From the NCBI GenBank assembly GCA_030141605.1, contig JAQGDQ010000289.1, forward strand, positions 62,001 to 126,000: a stretch of DNA of 64,000 nucleotides, in the 5' to 3' direction. A program made the position numbers and the translations under genes. The notes under the pieces were generated by a model, which was not told the origin of the DNA, did not search any database, and saw nothing but the letters and a program-made list of their open reading frames with translations. Position 1 is the first letter of the stretch. Every line of letters begins with the position of its first letter. Below are positions 1 to 13,851 of this stretch, piece after piece. Source of the DNA: Tubiluchus corallicola (Eukaryota; Animalia; Priapulida).

Positions 1-57
1 GACACATAATGTAAATGTCATCGATAAACTGTCATCTCTTGCTCGAGATTGCTTAAG

Positions 58-107
58 TATCGTTATCATCACCATCATCATCATTATCATCATCATCATC
101 ATCATCA

Positions 108-140
<33 letters not shown>

Positions 141-245
141 TCATCATCATCGCCATCACCATTACCATTGTTATCACTCTCGTCATCGTCATCATCATTA
201 TTATCCTTATCAAATGCCAGTCAACAATGATCATACCCATGATCA
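58..245. repeat. (CAT)n/(CGT)n trinucleotide microsatellite
   Basis: Visible tandem cat/cgt repeats; explains the His/Arg-rich ORF 49-264. Confidence 0.95.
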
Positions 246-267
246 TCGCTGTAGTTATCACTGATAC

Positions 268-598
268 CTGATTCATTTGGCCATCAAGAATATCTACTTC
301 TACGAATTCGTCCTCATAAGCAAACCTCCAACTGTAGACGATTTCTAGAAGAAAAAAGACGAAAAAGATTTCAAGGATCTTAGCAACGCAAGGCAACGTA
401 TATTTTGCAAAATAACACTTACTATTTATTCATTATTTAACCTTTAATTTTTAAAGTTTAAAAAATACATACTTCAACTAGTAAAAAACATAACTGAAAA
501 TAAATAAAGGTTGAAAATTGTTTGTATTGACATTACTTCGTCAATACATTAATTATTTCATCGCTACTTTAACAATTATTCAGTTTTATGTATGTTTA

Positions 599-629
<31 letters not shown>

Positions 630-3600
630 GTAACAGAAATAAGCAGTTAGGCGACATGTACCTCATTTTTTGCTAGTGTAGATTCTTTCATTGTTTTTAG
701 TTCAAGTAGGTTCCCACTTATTTTTAAATTGTCTCTTTTGTATTAATGATGTTGTCGTCACTAAATGATTATTTTTCTTTATCTGTAATTTGCCACTCAT
801 AACTTCTATGTGTAAAGCGAATAATCACCAATTTTTAAGTACCAAAGATATGTTTCGTAGTCATTTAGGAATTTTACACCTATGTTGGGCAAGAAGCAGT
901 TGCCAACGGAGAGAAAAATTCTCATGTGGTGTTATATGATTTCCCATTCCAGAAACTACAAATCTTGTCCATGGCCTTGTAACTGTGACACATATAACGC
1001 ATATTTAGAGCATATTTACATTCAGACGTAGGTTTTGAGGACACAAGTGAAATGGCTAGGATAATATTTTCTCTAGGCAGATTGTAATATTTGTTGCTGG
1101 AAACTGCTACATACCAGGACAGCTGAGCACTTTTATACGAAAATTAAACGCTTAAAATTAAATCAGAGTTTGGATCAGATTTATTTGCATGCTATGAAAG
1201 CAACATACACGTTTTGCTGCACTATTATAATGTGCAACTCCCACTTATCAATATAGCGTGAATATTTCACATGGAGATTTTAACCAACGCTTAAAGATTA
1301 TCCTAGACAGATGATCGGCTCAGGTTCTTTTTCAATGTCATACATGGAATCACCTCCTGGGTAATCGCAGGCTTTTATTACTTCTGGATCCCCATCAGGA
1401 TTGCACATTTCGTGTATCCGTAATATTTAGCAAAAATTTTCCGACCTTTCTCCAAAACAAACTTTCCTGGAAATATCATATAAATCCAACAATCCAGTTA
1501 CCAATGCCTAATTATGATATCATGCCACAGTAAAACTCCTCTACAGCAGTACAGAAACCAGATGGCTTCTTGTAGTGGTTTCTTTTACTGTGAACACATG
1601 TGAGAATGCTGCTATCAACGGATAAACACCAACCAAGAATTCGCAATGACAGATAACTACGAGTTCCACATATCTGTGAATTTATGACTATAAAATTCCA
1701 GCTCACTAGACTTCCTCGTTACACTCGCTTTGAAAGTTTTTCTTTTTCCAATATATCATTATAATTAAATGTATTTGTATTAAAACATGCTAGTCTGTGT
1801 GAGTAATTTTGTAATTTTTGTATCATCATTCGTTTCAATCGTTCGTCACTTGTGCTTTTTATATATGACTCCTTTTTGGACTCACCTCAGTACTTTTACA
1901 CGCTAAACGCAACGTAGTTATTTTAATGTGTCTTCAAATTGTAAACTGACATAGATACGAGTCATTGTGTTTGCCTTTGTAAGCTTTTGCTTAGTTTTGC
2001 ATAGTTCTTATAATAATTGTTGTAATTTTAGTTGTGATAATTGTGTGAACTAATGTTTTATGAACTTCAAAATCGACTTTGAATAAACTACTTACTTTAC
2101 TTAGTTAGTCTATTTAACACAATTTGAACTACTAACTTATTTTAATTTTACCAAGGCAATTTTATCAGTCGCTATGTAAGATATTTCCATAGTTAGTTTA
2201 CTAACTCTGAATGAATTGAATTAAACTGTTCAGAGTGTTTTACTTGTTCTACATACTCTACATGTTTTTTTACAGTGTCACGGTGATGCGGTTCGTCAAA
2301 AACTATGCAGAGATCATTGATTAAATTGCTAGGGCAATTGACGAAAATTTTAATAAGGAAATGTCCACCGCCGTTTAAGAGTGCACGCTTTCAAAGCTAT
2401 TTGTGACATTAAAGGTACCCATACTGTTTAAGTTTTAGGTCTAACTAAGCTTAATTAAATGTTCCAGCTGTGAAGATTCTCTCATGTGGCCCGCTCGTGG
2501 CTCTTGGTATTAAAATGATGCTTTATAATTAATGTTAACTTGCAAGAATCTTGCAAGATAATAATTATGAAGCATAACAGTAATAAAAGAGATATGCTAG
2601 AAAGGGCACTTAGCTTAACATTCTAAGAATCATAGGTGCGTTTAAGGCAATTTTATACTGATGCTGCATGACATACTAAATATAAGCAATGCTAATTGTT
2701 GGTCATGCTTTTAAGACTTTTGATCTAACCAACCTTTGGTTTACTGATGTTTGACGTGCACGGAGAACCCTAAACTCGAATGTGCCCTAATTTCCGCAAT
2801 TTCGAAGATTAATTTAACTGGTTTAAAATTCTTTTCTCCTGTATCGTATTTCTTATTGTTGTTATAATTAAGAATTTATACGCTACAAAGCTGTTGAAGT
2901 TTAAAGAAAAAGTGTTCGTTAAAAAATAACAATTGATTTTCACTGAAAAAAGGTATTTGCAAACCAATAGCACTTTACGCACAATGACGATAATAAAACT
3001 GCATTGTCAAAATTTAATGCTGTTACACCGCTATGGTCCCTTATGTTATTAACACAAGCATTTTTAAAGAAAAAAAGTTACTGGTTTTGGTCTGTGTGTG
3101 GTTATGTCATGGAAAGGTTAAAACCGCGTGTGACTAATGCGATGACTAATGTCATAAATAGTTGTATAGGTAGCTCATAGGTATAAAGGTTTCGTGCGGT
3201 TACTAATTATTAAAAATCTAATAAATCTTAAACTGGAGACAATGAAAAGAAAAGTAAGGCTGACTCACAGTGCACTTTTAAACATTTATTCTTTATGAAG
3301 TTTTCAACGTTCAACAAGACAACTTTAGTATCATCAACCTCATCCTAGTAGTACGTTCCACGCCTTTAATAGCCGTATTAACAAACAAGCAAGCAAGCAA
3401 ATAAACAGACAAACAAAATAATAAATGCCTGGCTGACCGACTGATTGACTGACAGGCTCGCTGACTGACTGACTGACTGACTGACTGACTGACTGACTGA
3501 CTGACTGACTGACTGACTGACTGACTGACTGACTGACTGACTGACTGACTGACTGACTGACTGACTGACTGACTGACTGACTGACTGACTGACTGACTGA

Positions 3601-5909
3601 CTGATTGACTGACTGACTGACTGACTGACTGACTGACTGACTGACTGACTGACTGACTGACTGACTGACTGACTGACTAAATGAATGAATGAATGAATGA
3701 ATGAATGAATGAATGAATGGTGCGGAAACAAGTGATTAGACGAATATTACCAAAACTAATCAAAAACGTTTGACCACTAACTTGTTGATTGGTGGAATGG
3801 CTAATATATTAATAGGTTGACTGGTCGATTTATTCTTATTTAGCTGTTTGGCTGGCTAGCACATAAACATAGTAGGCAACTAAAGCAATAAGGAAGGACA
3901 GATAACTAACGAGTGGACATTGACAAACAGGTAAAAAGACAATAAAACGTAACAAACTACAATCATTACGTTTTTTGCAGATTTGTCATTATGTTTATAT
4001 TCTTCGCTAGTCAACGCTACTCTTTCAAAATGTCGTTCACACTTCTCACACGAACCGTTCATTTTCCTTGACCGATTGCTAACTTTATGAATGAAAGCTC
4101 TTGTTTTGTCAGTCACGAATTAGCCACATCAAGTGTTTAGTTAACATAATCATTTGGCAATGTGAAGTAATTACGTGAGACGATATTCCATGATATCATG
4201 GGATTGCCGCCATCAATAAATTAAGATATGATGGCGTGGAATTCGGTGATGCCAGCCATCCTGTGACTCGATAGTAGGTACAAAATAGTTTAGTTTATTC
4301 AATAAACTTGCAGCAAGAGCTGGATTAATACTAGATTTTAAACAAGAGTGATAAAATTACTCTAAATGCAGTAAACACACACCTTCCATGCAATTTAAGG
4401 TTTACTAAATAGAAATTGAGCAGAGATCTGAACAAAATTTGCACAAAGGAAGAGTCTTTGATAGTTAAATATAATAAATATAAACAGTGGGGAATGAAAC
4501 TTTTTTATATTGTTTAGTTTTGATTAATCGTAGTTTAAATTTGGTGGAGTTTCTGGTTTGTGGAGAGGGAAGTAAATGGTTTAAGTTGTCAGAATTTTTC
4601 TACACATCAAAAAATAGTTTTTTTTAGTATAGACTGAATAGGTGACCAAATCTATAATTACATATTATGTTTCCAATAATCATAAGTCATATTATTTTGC
4701 TAAACTGTGCCTTTATTAGAGTTTTGACCTAATGCAAGCACATGCAGTTTTTGTCAATCAACAAAATGTGACTGATTTACTGCCAATTGTTAAAGTATTT
4801 ATTGTTTTCTTAAAATGGAGGATTCTTAAGTAATTGCCTTGTATAAAATCTTCTGTACTAACTTAATAAACGCTAAGTTTTTAAAAGATGTTCTAAAAGT
4901 CTGTAAGTCTGTAAGTTTCGTTATAAATATAGGTATGCAATAAGTATGCGATTACAGAGCAAGCTATTTGCATCCTAAAATTATTAGAACTATTCGAACC
5001 AAAAACAAGCATACATAAAGCTATCTAGTTATATATCATACCTTTTCCTTTTTCATATTCACCAATGAATCTTTTAGTGATTAACCTCACAATGAATGCT
5101 GAAATTTAAACAATATAATTATCGAACAAAGTAAAAAACGCCTAACATTAATGGTTTGAACAATCTGTAGAGTGTTGCGTAATTATTTCAACTATTTACG
5201 TTATAGGCATTACAGTTCATGTTATTGTAGAAGCTAAAACTATACTGAAGTGACTTTCATGAAGAACGCGCAGACCTTGCAAGAATCAACAACTAGAAAT
5301 CTTATTACAGTCAACGCCACCAAAAATCTGATTAAAAAGGCGTCGTCTGTGATGAGGTCGGTCTTTTATTGTTAACTGCAAAGATTTCCGCAGGGGAGTC
5401 CATAATATATGATATACACAACGTAAACTATACAAATAATTTTTATAAAACATATCACATCCTAGAAAATATAGTAGCTATTAAACTCAAATAGTGCAGT
5501 ATTCATTATCGCAAATCAGTTTTAGTTAGATTCTTTTGTCAGTTAGAGTGCGACGTTACATCAAAGTTTCACGAGAAAGCTAAACTCTTTTATAAACCAA
5601 GCACATTTACGTTGAGCTTAAAATATCGAGTGCCCATCTTCAGCACCAATAAGGTACTGCCACATTCGCAATTAGTACTTCAATTTTGATAGGTAGTTTG
5701 GCAGCTAACTTAATCCTATCCTCAAAAACACAAAGAGAAAAACTCGGTAAGCTCTTTTGCACTGAGTGTCTTGATGTTCTGTCTTTGTAGCGAATAACTA
5801 TAATGCTATAATCATAAATTTTAAAGCTATAATCACGTTTACCTGTCTTTCCAACACCCTGGCTGCCATAAACCGCAACTTTAGCATATCTGAACTTGTA
5901 AGACGACAT
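268..5909 (-). CDS. RERG/RERGL/RASL11-12-like Ras-family small GTPase, 5' part (3 coding exons; the rest lies left of the window)
   Basis: Exon 5909-5843 MSSYKFRYAKVAVYGSQGVGKT (P-loop, phase-1 donor CAG|gtaaac). Exon 5098-5042 AFIVRLITKRFIGEYEKGK (tttcag acceptor, G|gtatga donor). Exon 344-268 EIVYSWRFAYEDEFVEVDILDGQMNQ (ttctag acceptor, CAG|gtatca donor). Phases 1,1,0 and the 57-nt 'VRxxTKRFIGEY' exon match the RERG family exon layout. Confidence 0.85.
1100..2105 (+). mobile_element. Highly decayed LINE 3' remnant (tentative)
   Basis: LQNKLSWKYHIN (~1450-1490) resembles the LINE ORF2 'DxKLSWxxHI' motif; ends in aataaa followed by a (ctta)-type tail at ~2080-2105. Confidence 0.35.
3430..3720. 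repeat. (GACT)n then (GAAT)n tetranucleotide microsatellite
   Basis: Near-perfect tandem arrays; explain the SQSV ORF. Confidence 0.97.
4280..4985 (-). mobile_element. Decayed non-LTR retrotransposon (L2/Rex-like) 3' end in the GTPase intron
   Basis: Minus strand reads LNHLLPSPQTRNSTKFKLRLIKTKQYKK/SFIPHC, like LINE ORF2 C-termini, and ends in aataaa plus (ctaaa) repeats near 4285-4300. Confidence 0.55.
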
Positions 5910-6377
5910 CTTTGCATCAACACCGCATCGAATTCATCGAATCAGCAGTCAACGATTCTCTAAGCATTCATCCAAAATTAATTTTCAGTTTCATTGGACA
6001 CGTCGTTTTCCTGTAACCAGCAGGATTAGGAAATATAACACACGTTCTTCTGAATTCTTACATGAAACATCTGCTGGGGTACTGGTACTCCCTGTGCATG
6101 CTTGTGGAAATTATCCTCTCGACCTTTACTTACCAGTAAACCCTCCTCCAACGCACAGCATGGATGAAGTGCTTTCACAGTTTTTGGCTTCCTCACTTGA
6201 TAACAGCAGCTGTACGCGTTTGGCGCCCAGATTTTGCACCATGTGATTTTAAATTAAGTTGTCTTATTGTAGTAATTTCAGATTTGATAAGATAGAATCC
6301 ACTGTCTTAAATATTTTTTTAGTTTAATACTTTCCAAATTTGAGTTTCATTATAGTTTTATTTTAGTTTAACTCAAA

Positions 6378-6470
6378 TGGCGGATTGTTTGCGGTGTGCA
6401 CTTCGTAGGTGCGATAGTTAATCAGCACCTAGCCTGGTTAGTAAATGGATAGCTGTTCGCCATGAAAATG
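6378..6470 (+). mobile_element. 5S-rRNA-related SINE fragment (copy 1)
   Basis: agttaatcagcacctagcctggttagtaaatggatagctgttcgcc resembles the 5S internal control region AGTTAAGC..GGCCTGGTTAGTACTTGGATGGGTGACCGCC. Confidence 0.55.
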
Positions 6471-7424
6471 TTTTGGACGGTTTTGCATGGCAAAATGCTT
6501 TTAGCTAATTAGCTATTAGTCTTGCTGAGGGACAATGTATATGCGCCTATAATAATAGATATAGCTAGAACGCCCCTTTGCTTCAACGTTTCATTTTAGT
6601 GGATTATTTTTGAAAATGGATTATATTCCGGTCTGGCTTAACGATTCAACATTATAATTGTTGATTGATAGATACCGGTTGGTTGTTTTAAAATTTGCTA
6701 ACAGCATATAATTACGTTAATTACGTAAAGCATCAAGATTTTTTCTAACGATTAAAAAAGCCAACTAATGAAGTTATAAAATAAAGATGTAAAGTTGATG
6801 AGATGATGATGAGAGGAGGAGAAGGAGGATGAAGAGGAGAAAGAGGAGCCGGAGTATGGCGGTAGTGACGGCGACAACGATGATAACGACGATGACTACA
6901 ATGATAATGACAACGACGTATTTTGTCTACGTAACGAAGGCGATGATTGTAACTTCCTCAATTCTACTACGTCATTTCCACTTGTTGTTTAAGCCTCCCG
7001 GTTTTCTTTCCTCTTTTTCTCATATTCCATTGCCTGCTGATATTCCATTCTTTCTCCTCCAGTTGTCTTTATTTCCCCGTGGAGTCGCTACGTGCCTACA
7101 GCCCATTAAAAACTTGGATGCATGCGTCCCAGGCCCAACAGGGGAAAGTCAAACAGGCCCAAGAAACAGCCTGTTGTTCATGGTTTATTTTGTTGCTCAA
7201 TAAATCTTATTTTTGTTGGCTATAGGATTCCAAGAGTTGAACACGTACATGGAATTCATTAGAGAACTAAATAAGTAAACATTCTAAAGCAAATAATTGG
7301 GAATTTTTCCAGGCAACTGAGATGTGTACTCCTTGTGCTTGTTCGCGCTGCCATCCAGCACAGACCTATAGTGAAGTTTTAATACCCAGTACCATTTAAA
7401 AAAATTGAAACTTTTTGTGTAGAT

Positions 7425-7430
7425 AGTAGT

Positions 7431-7465
<35 letters not shown>
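7425..7465. repeat. (TAG)/(CAG)n microsatellite
   Basis: Visible tandem repeat. Confidence 0.9.
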
Positions 7466-7466
<1 letters not shown>

Positions 7467-7659
7467 TCAAATGTAGATTTTCGATAACTGAGTTAGTGTT
7501 TACGACAAGATGAATGTTTATTGGTCAGGTAGCTGCAAATAATTTGAAAACCAAATTAGTGAGGGTTTCAAAGTGCTACATTTTTAGACTGGGCCTGTCA
7601 AAATTAGTCTCAGTGAGTGAGTCTTGATGTCTAGAACAATATACTTCTAAACAGTCTTT

Positions 7660-7900
7660 TGAGTGAGTGAGTGTTTGAGTGTGTATGTGTGTGTGCGTGC
7701 GCGTGCGTGCGTGAGTGAGTGAGTTGAGTGAGTGAGTGAGTGAGTGACTGATTGAGTGACCAAATGAATCAATGAGATAATAAGGAGTCTGCATAGATGG
7801 ACTGATGGATGGGTAAATATGATGGACGGATGGTTAATGGATGAGTGTCTGATAGATAGGGAGTTATATGGTTAATCGATAGGCGGATAGATAGGTAAAA
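7660..7900. repeat. (GAGT)n/(GT)n/(GGAT)n compound microsatellite
   Basis: Visible tandem repeats. Confidence 0.85.
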
Positions 7901-9599
7901 GAACGAGAAGGCAAAGACAGAAAGAAAATTAGACAACGTGGCTGACGAGTACATGGCTGTGCTGCTGCCAGTGCATGAATACTGACTGGTCTAATTATTG
8001 TCGACAACCAACAATGGAATCTCTGAAAATTATAGACCTTGCTATTTTGGTATGGTTGACACGTTAGCTGCTTTTGTAGCGCTTTTAACAATAAAGAATT
8101 CAATAATTCAATACTTAATAAATTTAACACTTTTTAGACCCAGAGTACGTGAAAATCATTACAAATTAGCCCTTTAAACAGCGAGTGGTATTTAACTTAT
8201 CACATTCGGAGTGTAGAATTTCGGCATTAATGGTAAAAGGTGGTGTTAATGTGTAAGGACATTTGCAATAAAAATACTTTACCATACAAATGACTGCATA
8301 AATAGGTCTCAGTTATTAAACGCCTACTGATTGTAAAATAAAAATGGTTGTTCTTGAATAAATTTATCCTAGTTGATCCGTGAGGGATGCAGTTTTTTAA
8401 GACTGGTAGTGGAAACTACTTCAAAGAAGGTTGGCAGTTTTCCGGTTAATCGTTTATAAAAAAGTACTCGGGTAGTATTTAAACATTATCTAATTATTTT
8501 TACAACCCACATCAATCTAAGCTTTTACATTTTTCATAGTTTGTGCACTTTAGTCAAATTCAGTCGCAGTAGATGGAGCAGCAAGTCAGAACTGCGACTT
8601 CCCGTATTCTGCCATTACCGATTGAAACCACACCTTGTTTGTTTAATCCCAATTAGTGACATTTTTTACTGAAATGAGTTCAAGATGTAAAATTTCGTAA
8701 ACTGAGGTAGACTGACATATTCAGTTATTTTCTGCATGCGGTAAGTCGTGCATTTGGTTTGATACAACACTTTGCCTTTCAATGGAGACCGCGATGTCCG
8801 TCTTTGACACGTCATCTATCGTGACGTTTTCATTTATGGTCTTCATCCATCGACAGAAAAAGGGCAGCATTAAAAACTAATAATTCGCGTATGTTTATAG
8901 ATTAGCATATGGTACATCGCCAAAAGAAAAGAAAGATTTCTGCTTTGAAATTTCAAACTTTTTGACATAAATTATAGCTCAGAGGAGTGTTGACCTTTTA
9001 TGCCATTTTAGTTGACCTTATGTACAAAAGTCAGTTTTTGTTAAGCTGTCTTAGCCAACTTAGCTTCAATTCGGCCTTAGAGGGCCAGAAATTTTGTTGC
9101 TTAACGCTCTAGGTCACTAATTAAAAAGTGAATATATAAACTTCCGCATACAGACTTTGCTACTTGAGTGTTACAAACTATGTAACACTGATTATTTTGG
9201 TTATACCATTGTAAATATTTTGAAATGCTTAACATACTGAGCCCTTGATGTATCCATTTGGGGAAAAAGCTATTGCTGCCATAGACGATGCTAATGAAAT
9301 TTTCACCCTGGAAAAGACACGTGATGGCCATAGATTTTCTGAATGTTCAAAGTGATCAGATTAACTTCAGTCTAGGAATGTTTTTCTCCGTCTTATTATG
9401 AAATATGATCAGGTCTGGCGGAAATAAAATGAGTTCAGAATGTGAAGGCATTAGCTGTCTGTATAAATAAATCTAAAATTGTCAAGGCACCGCAGGGTTT
9501 CAGCCACTTGATCTCTATGTGATTACAGTCCTAATAGTTTTCATCAGACAACAACGATTAGCTAACAATTAAATTACGTGACTAAATATTTAGTCAGAC

Positions 9600-10035
9600 C
9601 AACAGAGTGTCAGCAAACAAAACAACCAAATCAATAAAGAACGAACAAGTAAATAAATGAAGAATAAATGCAGAAACAAATGGAAAAACAAATGTACTTT
9701 TTATCCAACTAAATCAACCAAACAACCAACCGACTGGTTGGTTGGTTTAAACAAAAAATATGCAAACATGCAATTAACCAAACAAACAAATAGGCTAACG
9801 AACAATGAATGAAATGACAGGCTAATGAAAAGACGGACGGAAGAACGAACGAACGAACAAAACAAAAAAGAAAGGAAGGAAGTAAAGAAGGTAAGGTAGA
9901 ATGAACAAACAAATGAATGAATAAAGAAATGAGCAAACGAACGCATGAAAGAATGAACGAAAGAACGAACGAACGAAGAAACGAATAAACGAACAGAGGA
10001 TGGTGTAAATGAATGGTTAAATGACAAGCAAACAT
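9600..10035. repeat. Degenerate (AAAC)/(GAAC)/(GAAT) tetramer array
   Basis: Low-complexity tetramer repeats; explain ORFs 9701-10027 and 9709-10035. Confidence 0.85.
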
Positions 10036-13000
10036 AATATAAATAATTTTAATTTTATTTCGCCATTGTCTTGGTTTCTTTTCAACATTGTTTTGGTTAC
10101 AAACTTTATCCCCTCCCTAGTTACTAACAAATATTACGTATTTTTAAATCTTTTAGACTCATCATTTTCACCGGAACTTATGGCCTATTAAATAATTTAT
10201 AACAGGAATAACAGGAGTGACAAGGAAGGAGACCAAACCCGATTTGATGACGTTAAACAAAAGTAATAATTATATACTGCGTGACTTAAACATTTATAGC
10301 AAATCGCTAAAATGCTAAACGTTATTGGGCTACAGTCGAAATTCCGGTTAAAATTCGATAACTTGCATGAACTGCGCAATTAAAAAGTACAACGTTAATT
10401 CTGAAGTTGATCTAGGGCTCTAGGCCTACGTGACCTTTATCACGGTCCAAAATGGATGCTCGGTGGTCTGCCTGTCTGACTATAACACCTGGAAAAACAC
10501 ATAAATTCAGAATCCCCCACATGCTGAAACAAGCGTGGGAAATGGAAATGATCAACAAGTGGGACAGCAAGACGTTACTGAGAATATTAAACCAGTACGC
10601 AGGTCTATCAGCGTTTGTTTGACTCCATTAAAGACAACAAAGTTTGTTATAATTATAAAAGTAATGTGGCACTCACATCCCGCAACTAAATGCCTCTTTT
10701 CAAACTTCGCATTAAGATAATACGAAACCTAAGCGGCTTTGTGATTTGAGGCTATGGGAGATAATTTGTGTTCTTTGCAGCTGTTTTCTGTTTGTCAGGT
10801 ATATTTACATGATTTGCTTAAATTACGCCATTATTATTGATAAATTATGCAATACTGTGCCACACTTTCCCGCGAATATTTTAACGGCCTTTATATTAGC
10901 TTTGAGCTAGATTTTGATGTAGGGTTTTCTGGATCTTTGTTTTTTATGCAAGGAGCAAAGAACATTTTTAAGTTAATGCATAACATGAGATATTCTGTGG
11001 CATGTTACAACGTTCTGGGCGTTTATATTTTTTTCTGAGATTACCAACAAGTTACAAAAGAAGCTCGCAAACTTACTGCTGCTCTGCATCACTTAAAATT
11101 TACCAGAGGAAGTGTAGTTTTCGGTAAGATAAATCTTCTCTGAATTTACGTTCTTGATCATCTTACGATGATGACTTTCCAATAACATTGATTTTTGCTT
11201 TTATGGGTTGTTGTTTAATTTTATGTTTAGTTCAATGCTTTCGAATTTCGTCATGTTTTTCTGTGTGCAGAGTAGAAATATGCTTGGCATTTAGCAATTT
11301 AATTATCAAAGCAAAAAAGAAGCACTATTATTCTCTTGAAAAATTTGAAACATTGTTTCCGAGGCAGTATTACAGTTTTCTATCACCTTCACATCTTATT
11401 GCAGTTGTGGGAGGGGAGTTGGGTACTTATATCTCGGGCGTTTAAAAGTTAAACCACCGGCAATTTTGCTTTGAAGATATTGCTGTCTGTTATAAGTTTA
11501 ATCTATTAAAATAACAGGATAGAGAAATCTTGAAGAATAATTATGTCACAGAATGCAAGACAATGTAAAAACCGAACGATAGGTTACAATGTAAACAGAG
11601 ATGTTGCTGACGCAAAAATTTGGGAGTTTGCAGTCACAGTATGCACAACAACGATTAATTTGATCAACTGAAAAAATATCCGTTTTGCAATCTATAATGA
11701 GCTTAAATCAACCTATCACCAAATTAATCAATTCTTCTTTTCATCCACACATACGACCGGTTAATCAACCACTTGATCAATCGATCAATCAAATAATCTC
11801 TAGTTAGTTAACTAACCAGCTGCCACTTCCAACTAGTCAGGCAGTTAATTAATTAGTGAAGCAGTCAGTCAGTCTGTCAGTCTGTTGGTCGGTCGGTCGG
11901 TCGTTCAGTCATCCAGTCAGTCCATGATTCAGAAACTTAGAAAGTGGGGCTTATAGTATATACCAAAAAGAGTGATCTTATTGGTGAAGATCAGCCGAAT
12001 TGATGAAATAAGTCAGACCGCCCTGTGCGAGCGATATTTTCTCATTGTGCAGACGTAGTCATTGAACTGTATGCTGTTATTGTCTCTAATAACAACGGTA
12101 GAATTATTATTATTATACATAGGTTAATTCTATCGTTCTCCCGCTTACATGCTGGGCCAGACGAAACGCCAGACAAAGAACTGTGAGAAAAGTTGAAGGT
12201 TATCTGCATTGGATTACGTAACTCTTCACACGTAAGCTGCACAATAAGAACTTATTAATAATTCCAGCCCATAAATTATTTCATAATTCGACAAGCTCTC
12301 TGGAAAACATTCGCTTTCAGTAGACCTGTGGGTTTTTATCGTTCTCTAACTGTCCTTATTTAACTATGATATTGTTCCAGGTTCAATGGCTTGATTTGAT
12401 TGCTAACGGTTTTTTTGGCCAGCATATATATATATACATCTTCTAGAAACTATATTCTAAAAAAACGTATATTGTCCGTGTTATTTCGATAAAACGGAAC
12501 TTTTCTGTGACTGCCTGTACTGAAATCCGGGAAATGATAAATCAGGTGTAAGTGCAAGGTGGCTTGCCTGGAACAAGTTTTAACAAAAAATTGTGACAAA
12601 TACAGAGGTCGTATTGTGATCAAGGTCAAATGAAATTTGTTAAAGCGAAAAATTATTCCCTTTGGAGCGTTTTTGTTGATTTTGCATTTATTTTTGTTTT
12701 CAATTTCACTAATGTAAAGTTTAAAGTTGTATCCAGACTAAAAGCTTTTTACGTAGAGTTTTTGATCTAAATAATGCTGGTGTGAGCAGTTAACTGCATC
12801 TGCGTGCTTGTTGCAGAGCCCACACAAATTCAGGAACAGTGAACTCTTCAAATGCTAATTTTCTTTCTCGCTCTTCATTGAAAAATGTGCGATAATTCAC
12901 TGCCGCTAAGGTTAATATATAGTTGTTAAAGTTGTATGACTCATACGCATTTGACACTTCTCAGACTTGAGTTAACTGTTTCACAGAATTTTTGATGCAA

Positions 13001-13169
13001 TGGCAACACAAGTTACAGGTTGCGCGAGTATGATACCTGCACAACTTTTAGCTTTTTTGTATCACCAAGATCCTTATTGAAAAGACTACACTAATGGGTT
13101 CTTTTTTGCATAAAATTGTTGGTTAGTTTCTAGTTGATTTGTTGGAAGGTCAAATGGTTCTTATATTCT

Positions 13170-13560
13170 TTGTTTCTGTTTTGACTGATTCGTTGATTGA
13201 CTGATTTGTTGCTTGGTTAGACGGTTGGTTGGGTGACTGGTTGGTAGGTTGTTTTTTTGGTTGGGTTATTGGTTGATTGGTTTTTTGGTTCGCTGACTAG
13301 CTGGTTGGTTCGTTGATTGGTTTGTTTGTTTGTTCGTTTGTTTGCTATTCTTTTATTTGTCGTTTGGTTGGTTGGCTTGTTGGTTGATTGGTTGGTTAGG
13401 TTGTTGGTAGACTACCGTTTTCACTGGTTTGTCGTTTACACTCGCTTTTTTGGTTATTTGATTAGTTGGCTACGGACCAATCGATGGTGTGTGTATGCCT
13501 ATTTATCAGTCAGTCGTTTGATTGATCATCTCAATGACCAGTCAGTGACATTCTGGCTAA
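13170..13560. repeat. Degenerate (GGTT)/(GTTT) tetramer array
   Basis: Low-complexity repeats; explain ORF 13317-13601. Confidence 0.85.
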
Positions 13561-13851
13561 TCCACAAACTTCCAGTAACTCTTTATTTATTCCAGTTATA
13601 ACATTTTCTTACATTTACTTCACTTAGAAAAATGAAAAACTCCCTGAATTTAAACAACGTACAAACGTATAACATGCGTTGTTCCTTTAATTCTGCCCTT
13701 AAGCAAAGTTTCGGTGCTTTTATAAGTCCAACAAAATTTCAGCGGGAAACTTTAAAGTAAAATTACCTCTGTGTTTACTTCAGCTCAACTTTCACCCCTA
13801 AATAGAGCTGCTGCAATGGTTTGTCCCAAAGAGTTAAAGGTTCGAAACCTC

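Noticed and set aside
49-264. His/Arg-rich 71-aa ORF that looks like a metal-binding peptide
   Set aside because: Translation of a (CAT)/(CGT) microsatellite with a TTG start, inside the GTPase intron.
3378-3731. SQSV-repeat ORF
   Set aside because: Pure (GACT)n/(GAAT)n microsatellite.
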